A DNA stretch of 44,142 nucleotides, taken from NCBI GenBank assembly GCA_013289395.1, contig JABCZY010000004.1, forward strand, positions 1 through 44,142. Direction: 5' to 3'. How positions within the stretch are numbered: position 1 is the first letter of the stretch; each line of letters starts with the position of its first letter. The translations under genes and the position numbers were made by a program. Positions 37,195-44,142 of this stretch are shown in pieces. The notes beneath the pieces are model-generated. The model searched no databases. It was not told where the DNA came from and worked only from the letters and a program-made list of their open reading frames with translations. Origin of the DNA: Bacteroidota bacterium (GTDB lineage Bacteria; Bacteroidota; Bacteroidia; JABEUT01).

Positions 37195-38194
37195 CTATCC
37201 ATTCATCTCCATTGTTATAGCCCCAAAGCTCAGCACAGGCCATAAAAAATATTCTCCAATATACCCACCACTTTACAGCTTGCTCAGCCCCATAAACACG
37301 TTTCATTATTTCCATTATCTCGGTCTTATGCCCATCCATATTTTGCAACCAGGCTTCCGATGTTTTTTGATAATGTGTACCACTGACTCTCCAGTGCTTT
37401 TCTATATTAATGTGTTCAGGAAAATATAAGAGCAAATGATCACTTGGCATTATGCCACCAGTAAAGAAATACTTACTCATCCAGTCGGTCTCATCAATTA
37501 CCTCGAACTTGTATGCGTATTCCTTATGTGTAAAAATATGCACGAATAACTTACCATCATCCTTCAGAAAGCCTGCCACCTTTTTAAGCAACAGGTCGTA
37601 ATTGCGCATATGCTCAAACATTTCAACCGATACAACCCTATCAAACTTACCACCGGTTTGAAACACATTCATATCAGCTGTTACAATTGTCAGGTTAGTT
37701 ATGTTTCTCTGCTTAGCCTGTTCATCAATAAAAACTTTTTGGCTATGCGAGTTTGACACTGAAGTCACTTTACTATTGGGATACTTAGTCGCCATAAATA
37801 AGGAGAGAGAGCCCCAGCCGCAACCCAGTTCAAGGACCTGCTGGCCATCTTTCAGTTCTGCGCGTTGGCAAGTTAGCTCCAGCATATCTCTTTCTGAAGT
37901 GTCAATATCTGTCACTCCATCCTTCCAATAACCAGAGCTATATTTTAAATACTTACCTAATACTCTTACAAAAAAAACTGCCGGCACCTCGTAGTGTTGT
38001 TGGTTAGCATCAACAGTATTAACCGCAATAGCAGAACTTCTCAACTCAGCAAGGAGTTTCATAAAATGTTCTTGCTGCGCTTCAGGGTTGCCCTTATTCT
38101 CATCAATAAGCCTTTGCTTTAAAAGGTTACGAATACCGGTGCGCAATGCAAAATCAGGCAATGAATCTTTTTCAAGAAGTGATGTGTACCACAT
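37157..38194 (-). CDS. SAM-dependent methyltransferase, cyclopropane-fatty-acid-synthase family
   Basis: ANQQHYE, LKYSS, LELGCGWGS, SVEMFEH and YFFTGG.MPS. ATG at 38194 preferred. Confidence 0.9.
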   Translation of the reverse strand: MWYTSLLEKDSLPDFALRTGIRNLLKQRLIDENKGNPEAQQEHFMKLLAELRSSAIAVNTVDANQQHYEVPAVFFVRVLGKYLKYSSGYWKDGVTDIDTSERDMLELTCQRAELKDGQQVLELGCGWGSLSLFMATKYPNSKVTSVSNSHSQKVFIDEQAKQRNITNLTIVTADMNVFQTGGKFDRVVSVEMFEHMRNYDLLLKKVAGFLKDDGKLFVHIFTHKEYAYKFEVIDETDWMSKYFFTGGIMPSDHLLLYFPEHINIEKHWRVSGTHYQKTSEAWLQNMDGHKTEIMEIMKRVYGAEQAVKWWVYWRIFFMACAELWGYNNGDEWIVSHYLFQKARVA

Positions 38195-38198
38195 AAAA

Positions 38199-38978
38199 TT
38201 ATTTCTTTTTAAACCAGGGTACAAATACTGACGTAGTCCTTTGGTATTCTTTGTATAGATCTCCCTTCGACCTGATCGACTGCTCTTCAGTCATGGGAAT
38301 ACCGGTAACCCTGAATAACAGCAGCAGAATTGTTATAGGGCTCAATATCCCGATCCAGCCACAATCAGCATTCAGTGAAACCATGAAATAACCTACCCAA
38401 ATCATTGATTCGAAAAAGTAATTGGGGTGGCGTGAATAGTTCCATAAACCGGCATTACACACCCTACCTTTATTCGCGGGATTGCTTTTAAACTTCTTCA
38501 ACTGCCCGTCGGCAATACCTTCACCCAAAATACTTATGGCCCAAACTACTACTCCTGCATATTCGAGCACTGATAGTTGAGGCTTAGGATTAAATGCAAT
38601 CAGAAAAAAAGGAATAGCGAGGTAAATATTTGAGAGCGCCTGCATTTGAAAAAAGTAAAAGAATTTCCGGTCAGGCTTAGGAGCCCATTCTTCACGTAAT
38701 TTCTTGTACCTGCCTTCTTCAACTTGTAAGTGTGATCCGACCCTTATCAGGAGATATATACCAAGGCGCATGCTCCATATTAATATCATGGCACATATTA
38801 GCAACTTACGTTCCCAATACCCTGTTGCCATTAGGCACAACACTATTGCTATAAACGAAAAGTTAAATGACCAGAAAATGTCAACTACACCTGCATTTTG
38901 AATGGCCTTGGCCCAAACCCACACAAAAAGCATTATTAAGCAAGAAACCAGTGTACAAACAAGAATAGTTAAAAGCAT
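38199..38978 (-). CDS. DUF1295 (steroid 5-alpha-reductase-like) membrane protein
   Basis: VDIFWS, EEGRY, GLWNYSRHPNYFFE, TGIP.TE and YQRTTS.FVPW. Confidence 0.9.
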   Translation of the reverse strand: MLLTILVCTLVSCLIMLFVWVWAKAIQNAGVVDIFWSFNFSFIAIVLCLMATGYWERKLLICAMILIWSMRLGIYLLIRVGSHLQVEEGRYKKLREEWAPKPDRKFFYFFQMQALSNIYLAIPFFLIAFNPKPQLSVLEYAGVVVWAISILGEGIADGQLKKFKSNPANKGRVCNAGLWNYSRHPNYFFESMIWVGYFMVSLNADCGWIGILSPITILLLLFRVTGIPMTEEQSIRSKGDLYKEYQRTTSVFVPWFKKK

Positions 38979-39068
38979 GTTTATTTCTATTTAAAAGACA
39001 TACGATAATAAGATAATTACAGATTTCTAAAAATAACAAATATATTTACCATAGTAAATTAATAGAAC

Positions 39069-39926
39069 ATGCTGGTTAAAACATATGGAAGTGCAGTTAG
39101 CGGAATAGATGCTACAACAATTACAGTCGAAGTAAATGTGAGTGCAGGGGTTAATTTCTTTTTAGTGGGATTGCCCGATAGCGCAGTTAAGGAAAGCCAG
39201 CAGCGGATAGATGCCGCTCTTAAAAATAATGGGTTCCGTTTGCCCGGTAAAATGATAACCGTAAATATGGCGCCGGCCGATATTCGTAAGGAAGGTTCTT
39301 CTTATGACCTAACTATAGCAATTGGCATACTAGCCGCTTCGGAACAAATAACAAGCGAGAAGGTTGGCGAATATGTAATTATGGGCGAACTGTCTCTTGA
39401 TGGAGGACTACAACCCATAAAAGGCGTATTGCCTATAGCCCTTAATGCCCGAAAAGAAGGATTTAAAGGGCTTATTCTGCCTGAGCAGAATGCTAAAGAG
39501 GCTGCAATTGTAGAAGGCCTGAATGTATATGGTATTAAGAATATTAAGGAAGCGATTGATTTTTTAAATGGCGATATAGAATTACAACCTGTTGTAGTTG
39601 ATGCTCTCGAAACATTTCATACTCAGTTATCATTGGCCGATGTAGATTTTGCAGATGTAAAAGGCCAGGAAAATATAAAACGGGCACTTGAAATTGCAGC
39701 TGCCGGCGGGCATAATGTAATACTGATCGGCCCTCCGGGTGCCGGCAAAACTATGTTAGCAAAACGCCTACCCACCATATTACCTCCACTTACATTAGAT
39801 GAAGCACTTGAAACCACAAAAATACATTCCGTTGCAGGTAAGGTAGGAAGTGGCAAAGGGCTTGTAGCATCGCGTCCGTTCCGTGCTCCGCACCATACTA
39901 TTTCAGATGTGGCTTTGTTGCAATGA
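39069..39926 (+). pseudogene. comM: comM (YifB / Mg-chelatase-like AAA ATPase), 5' fragment interrupted by an insertion
   Basis: VGLPD.AVKES, NMAPAD.RKEG, GELSLDG, GPPGAGKTMLA and RPFRAPHHTISDVAL, then LQ-stop instead of the conserved VGGG. 285 aa against about 500 aa for the family. Confidence 0.92.
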
Positions 39927-41612
39927 GGCATTTTTAGTATCAGGTCCTAATTCCCATATTCCCCCATCTTCTTTCTCAATACCAATAGGATGCCATCCAA
40001 GCCCTTTTTTGGGTATTTCATATATCCAAGGAGCAAGCTTTAATTCCAGGTTAAAAATGACCTTAACAATATGCGTGTTTGCCTTTTCGTCAAATCCAAT
40101 TCGAATCTGATGTATATAATTTTTCAATAATTCCCTTTTTTCTATATCGGTTTTACTGTCAAGATCAGAGTTTAAGTCTTCAAATACCTTTATATTGGGG
40201 AACTGAAGGTCCTTTTTGGATTGTAGGAATTTAAGCTCATTAATTGCTGATTGTATTTTACCTTCTAAATTTCCAATTTCTTCAATAAATTCATTATTTT
40301 TTTGAGTCAACTGCTCATCTGAAAATATTCTTTTAGTTGCAAGAGTAAGCAAGGTATTTTGTTGGTCTTTAATACTCGAAATCTGATTGTAATAGGTCTT
40401 GACATAATGTTCCAATTCTTTTATTTTCTTTTCATCTATTCCAGTCCCAAGCTCATTTATTGCCTTTACCAAAAGAATATTCGACTCCTTAAAATTTGTC
40501 CAAACGACCTCATTCAACCGATCAATATTAATACTCCTCATATTGCACTCTTTATGCCGTTTTGAGACACATGAATAAACCCGCATACTTCTTTTGGGTT
40601 TTATTATACCATACATACCTTTTCCGCATTTTTCACATCGAATAAAACCCTTGAGCATATAAAAATGGACTTTATTGTTCCTTCCTGCAAGAATACTGTT
40701 ATTCTTAAGGTTTTTTTGAACAGCTTCCCATAGAGACACTTCAATCATCGGTGTCACAGGTAATATTAGACCCTTATATCGCCTATGCCCTTTATAAATT
40801 GGATTTTTTAAAATACTCAAGATGGTATTAGGTCTCCAAATAATATCTTCTTGATTAACGTGTCGAACTTCACCGGTTAGTCTGTCTTTTAATTTTAAGC
40901 CATTTACAAGGCTTTTCCTGCCTCGTGTCGGAACTCCTTCCTCATTTAGATTCTTGGCTATTGTTGCCGTACCAATGCCTTCTAAACTCATCTTGAAGAT
41001 TTTTATAATGATTAAAACTTCATCCGGGTGAAACTCTAATGGTCCGCTTTCAATTTTAATGATTTCGTCACCATCAAATATTTTTATAGATTGCCTACGA
41101 AATCCATAAGGGAGCATAACACCACCACTCCATTTGCCTTTTTTGGCTGATTGTTCCAAGGTTCGCACTACCCTCTCATTTTTCAACCTTATTTCATGCA
41201 TGCTCAATACATTACTTATACCAAGCATTAATTCATGTGTAGGATTATTTTTGATGTCATATATATTATGGGAATCATAAAATAATATGCCATACTTCTT
41301 AAATATGCCTTTAATATAAGCTCCAATTTTTTCATTTCTGGCTAACCTATCCCACTCAGTACAAAAAATATGCTTAACCACCCCTTTCTCGCATCCTTCC
41401 AATAGACCTTTAAATACTGGTCTATTGTCTAAATTATCAGCAGTAGCGCTTGTGCCGGTGTTTTCATCACCTTCTCTCTGAATAATGGGAATCAAGTTAT
41501 AAGTATTTCCAATTCTTAAACCTGTCTCTTCTTGTGCAGGTGGGCTATTATCTTTTTTAGCGCTTTTATCTCCAGAGACCCGAATATAAATATGCAATTC
41601 TTCCTTCTTCAT
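39903..41612 (-). CDS. Large serine recombinase (resolvase + recombinase + Zn-ribbon/coiled-coil)
   Basis: YIRVS catalytic Ser, RP, DRLAR, PYGF, ILKNPIYKG, CEKCG...YSC...C and a coiled coil. Confidence 0.95.
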   Translation of the reverse strand: MKKEELHIYIRVSGDKSAKKDNSPPAQEETGLRIGNTYNLIPIIQREGDENTGTSATADNLDNRPVFKGLLEGCEKGVVKHIFCTEWDRLARNEKIGAYIKGIFKKYGILFYDSHNIYDIKNNPTHELMLGISNVLSMHEIRLKNERVVRTLEQSAKKGKWSGGVMLPYGFRRQSIKIFDGDEIIKIESGPLEFHPDEVLIIIKIFKMSLEGIGTATIAKNLNEEGVPTRGRKSLVNGLKLKDRLTGEVRHVNQEDIIWRPNTILSILKNPIYKGHRRYKGLILPVTPMIEVSLWEAVQKNLKNNSILAGRNNKVHFYMLKGFIRCEKCGKGMYGIIKPKRSMRVYSCVSKRHKECNMRSINIDRLNEVVWTNFKESNILLVKAINELGTGIDEKKIKELEHYVKTYYNQISSIKDQQNTLLTLATKRIFSDEQLTQKNNEFIEEIGNLEGKIQSAINELKFLQSKKDLQFPNIKVFEDLNSDLDSKTDIEKRELLKNYIHQIRIGFDEKANTHIVKVIFNLELKLAPWIYEIPKKGLGWHPIGIEKEDGGIWELGPDTKNASLQQSHI

Positions 41613-41685
41613 GATTCCGTTACAGTTTCGTTATTTTAGCTATATCCTGATATAACCCAGTAAATTTCAATTTAAATTACCTCAA

Positions 41686-41712
41686 CAAAAAAGCCTATCA
41701 ATAAAGGCTTGT
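41686..41712 (-). terminator. Rho-independent terminator between the tyrosine integrase and serine recombinase genes
   Basis: Minus strand aagcct-ttattgat-aggctt followed by ttttgttg. Confidence 0.55.
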
Positions 41713-41788
41713 ATAGAATTATATACTGCCTTAAATTCTCTATAAGAATTATGGTCAAATGTTACTGAGCTCCATAATCGTTTGATAT

Positions 41789-41845
41789 ACTGGGTATTCC
41801 ATTTTATTCGTTATTATTTTCGTTAATTTCAACAGAATACCCAGT
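41789..41845. repeat. Perfect 11-bp inverted repeat with 35-bp spacer
   Basis: ACTGGGTATTC at 41789-41799 and GAATACCCAGT at 41835-41845. Confidence 0.75.
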
Positions 41846-41853
41846 TAAATTAA

Positions 41854-43005
41854 TTAGGCAGCTATATTTCCAATACCCACTATGTCCAATTCCGGAAGTG
41901 TATCGAACCTTACATCAAAGTAGTGTAATAAGGTTGCCTCCTTCAATTCACTCTCTAGGATTTCTCCATAATTTGTCATTCCTATGGTATTAGGAACGTG
42001 ACCAAGTGCTTTCTCCATAATCTCTACCCTCTTAGTATGGTTTAGTATTAGATTAGCAAAAGTTTTTCGGCAGCAGTGAGTAGTAATATGCTTGGGAATA
42101 CCAGCTGCTTTTACCCAGTTAAAGAGTGCCTTTCGGAATAAATGATATCCAATGATCTTGAATCCTGGGAAAATGAAATCATTATCATTACCACGCTTTC
42201 CCAATAATCTAACAACATCAGGACGTATGTAAATGTGTAACAATTTGCCGGTCTTAGACATACATTTATTTAGGACGTACTCATTATTACCCTTTTCAAG
42301 AATATGTTTCCATTGCAGGCTTTTCAGATCTGAAATTCTTAGCCCAGAAAAGACACCAAATATTACAGAAACCTTTATGAAATCATATTTGCAATAAGCA
42401 GCCCACATAGCTGATACATCTTCAGCACTTAATATCTCTTTCGACGCACATGGTATTTTTCTTATGGGTTTAACATCAAGATAATTGTGAATCAAACCAT
42501 ACTTCGTTGCCACATTTAATACATGGCTGATTTTAGTAAAATTACCATACGAAGTATTAATATGCCGACATTTCGCTATGAAGAATTCTTGCAAGTCATC
42601 AACAAAAAACTGGTCAATTCTATTAAATGGCAGCTCGTTTGTTCTCAAGCCTTTTGACTGCAAAAAGTCCTTAAGAAGATTTCTTGGGTATTTATATGTT
42701 TTTTTCGTATGTGCTTTTTTACCCATCTCTACTTTTTCATAAAGAGCAAGAAAATCCTTTCTCCATCCATCAGATAAATAGAAGTTTTCATTTACTTCAG
42801 TTTCCAATCTAATTCTCTCCATTTCAGCTCTTACCATGGCATCCTTATCATCCAGGCTTGTAGCTTTAAAATCTAATCGTCTAGTAAGTTCTGCGTTACG
42901 AATTCCTGTTGCTTTATCTTTGAATTCAATGTAAAGTGTATATCCGTCCTTTTTAGGTGTTAGGTCCACTCTTACTCGACCTTTATATTGTGTATTGTTT
43001 TCCAT
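41854..43005 (-). CDS. Tyrosine recombinase/integrase (Bacteroidota type)
   Basis: Arm-like N-terminus, SAM-like domain, then SGLRISD, KTGK, HCCRKTF, LGH and TNY, giving a full R-K-H-R-H-Y set. Confidence 0.9.
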   Translation of the reverse strand: MENNTQYKGRVRVDLTPKKDGYTLYIEFKDKATGIRNAELTRRLDFKATSLDDKDAMVRAEMERIRLETEVNENFYLSDGWRKDFLALYEKVEMGKKAHTKKTYKYPRNLLKDFLQSKGLRTNELPFNRIDQFFVDDLQEFFIAKCRHINTSYGNFTKISHVLNVATKYGLIHNYLDVKPIRKIPCASKEILSAEDVSAMWAAYCKYDFIKVSVIFGVFSGLRISDLKSLQWKHILEKGNNEYVLNKCMSKTGKLLHIYIRPDVVRLLGKRGNDNDFIFPGFKIIGYHLFRKALFNWVKAAGIPKHITTHCCRKTFANLILNHTKRVEIMEKALGHVPNTIGMTNYGEILESELKEATLLHYFDVRFDTLPELDIVGIGNIAA

Positions 43006-43042
43006 AATTGTTTGTTTTTTAATTTTTATTTATTTAAATTGG

Positions 43043-43486
43043 TTAAAAGGGGATGACTTCATTATTTGATGGCTTCAACACTTCGCATGATAGATATGCC
43101 CTGCGTACTTCATTAAGGGTAAAATCCTCCAAGCCAATAACCTTGCCCCATTCCTCACAATAAATATTAATGTGATAGTAACTCAGCTTATTCAGGGCAG
43201 GAAAAACATAGCTATCATTACTTAAACGATCACCTAGTTGTTGCCTGATAATTGGGCGTATAAAATGTCTAAACCTCTCACATGAAAGTTCTATTAAGAA
43301 GCTTATTAAATGTTTTCCATCTGGGGTATCAATAATGTTCGACCATTTCAGGTTCTGTATTTCTACTCTACGCAACCCAGTATTTGCTACTAATATCAAG
43401 GCTGGTTTTAACTCCGGTATTCTACATGGCATTGAAAGAAGATGCTTCAATTGGATGGTTGTCGGCATTGTTTTCTTTGTTTTCAT
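43043..43486 (-). CDS. Truncated tyrosine-recombinase catalytic-domain homolog (147 aa)
   Basis: NTGLRRVEIQNLKW..I, IRP, VFP and TLNEVRR; lacks the K, H, LGH and Tyr residues. Intact ORF with a TAGGTTTG box at 43510-43517. Confidence 0.7.
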   Translation of the reverse strand: MKTKKTMPTTIQLKHLLSMPCRIPELKPALILVANTGLRRVEIQNLKWSNIIDTPDGKHLISFLIELSCERFRHFIRPIIRQQLGDRLSNDSYVFPALNKLSYYHINIYCEEWGKVIGLEDFTLNEVRRAYLSCEVLKPSNNEVIPF

Positions 43487-43545
43487 AATGTTTGTTTTTT
43501 AATTTTTGACAAACCTATCGTGTATATCTCTTGTGGAGATGCGTA

Positions 43546-43573
43546 CAATGGAAGATCATTCAATCTTCCATTG
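43546..43573. repeat. 11-6-11 palindrome (candidate recombinase core site or operator)
   Basis: CAATGGAAGAT-cattca-ATCTTCCATTG, with no adjacent U tract. Confidence 0.75.
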
Positions 43574-43598
43574 CAAATACCTAAACTATTCTTCTTGA

Positions 43599-44142
43599 TT
43601 ATTTTGTCAGGTGACCCGATGGCATGGTAAACTCACTATACCATTGTGCACTTAAGGATTTATTTTTCCCCAATAAGTTATTTACAGCCCTTAGATACAT
43701 GTCTATTTTGCTGTTTTGGTCTAGAGTATCGTTGCCCTTAAAACAGTCACAAAAATTCTTAGCAATATACCCGGCAATACTCCAAATTTGTCCCTTAACA
43801 AATTTATGTGTTTGATTATTGTGAACTATCCATTCTTTCATTGTTCTATTAATAAATAGAAGCCAAGCAGTATCAGACATTTTTTTATTTCTTCTTTGCT
43901 TTTTAATAGTAAGCCGAACAGTGTACTTTAATAAATCATTAAATCCATTATACTTCCTATACTCGTCCTTAGTATCGGGATTGATATACTTTGTAGCCTC
44001 GAAAAAATAACTCCTTTGTTTATGAAAATAAGTTAAAGCCACTGATAACCTATCTTCGATTACCTTGGTGTAATACAAGCCTTCTTCAAGCCTGATGTCA
44101 TGCAATAAACTGAAGCATTTGACAATTTTATGATTACTGACT
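43599..44142 (-). CDS. Hypothetical protein, 5' end beyond the window
   Basis: The frame stays open from the TTG at 44105 to the window edge; no recognisable motif. Confidence 0.6.
   Translation of the reverse strand, partial: VSNHKIVKCFSLLHDIRLEEGLYYTKVIEDRLSVALTYFHKQRSYFFEATKYINPDTKDEYRKYNGFNDLLKYTVRLTIKKQRRNKKMSDTAWLLFINRTMKEWIVHNNQTHKFVKGQIWSIAGYIAKNFCDCFKGNDTLDQNSKIDMYLRAVNNLLGKNKSLSAQWYSEFTMPSGHLTK

Larger units (their letters stand above)
39918..44142. mobile_element. Integrative element inserted in comM (left part only)
   Basis: comM similarity stops at about 39917; a serine recombinase abuts the junction and two tyrosine-recombinase genes follow. Confidence 0.85.

Noticed and set aside
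2685-43815. Other short nested or antisense ORFs in the track
   Set aside because: Nearly all overlap longer motif-supported genes; the few intergenic ones (e.g. 9070-9303, 15207-15467) have weak starts and no recognisable motifs.

Overview
AT-rich chromosomal segment from a Bacteroidota bacterium, judged from repeated TAnnTTTG -7 promoter boxes, T9SS C-terminal sorting domains and D-(S/T)-x O-glycosylation sequons. Left to right: (1) the 5' part of a fatty-acid desaturase missing from the ORF track; (2) a six-gene sugar-modification operon in which the two halves of a split transketolase bracket an SDR epimerase, a GT2 lacking DxD, a DUF4915 protein and a sulfotransferase-fold protein with an altered PAPS loop, flanked by two GT-C-like membrane proteins; (3) an oxidoreductase, a beta-propeller, a patatin, two divergent TPR-TM-SpoIIE phosphatases and a 14-repeat T9SS propeller, with the second phosphatase and the T9SS propeller lying between tRNA-Cys and a diverged copy of its 3' end plus terminator (possible relic island); (4) an MsbA-like ABC transporter, tRNA-Leu, an AraC/DHFR/SRPBCC module, LemA-TPM-TPM, a papain-like T9SS protein, yebC, an M13 peptidase, an esterase, a cytochrome b, an ECF sigma module with a duplicated promoter-like motif, and lipid enzymes; (5) comM, broken at HHTISDVAL by an integrative element that runs off the window. 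That element encodes a large serine recombinase whose stop codon lies in host comM DNA, a tyrosine integrase, an apparently dead mini-paralog of that integrase, and an 11-6-11 palindrome. The best candidates for undescribed biology are the three-recombinase comM element and the transketolase/DUF4915 operon. All calls come from motif reading only; no database search was run.
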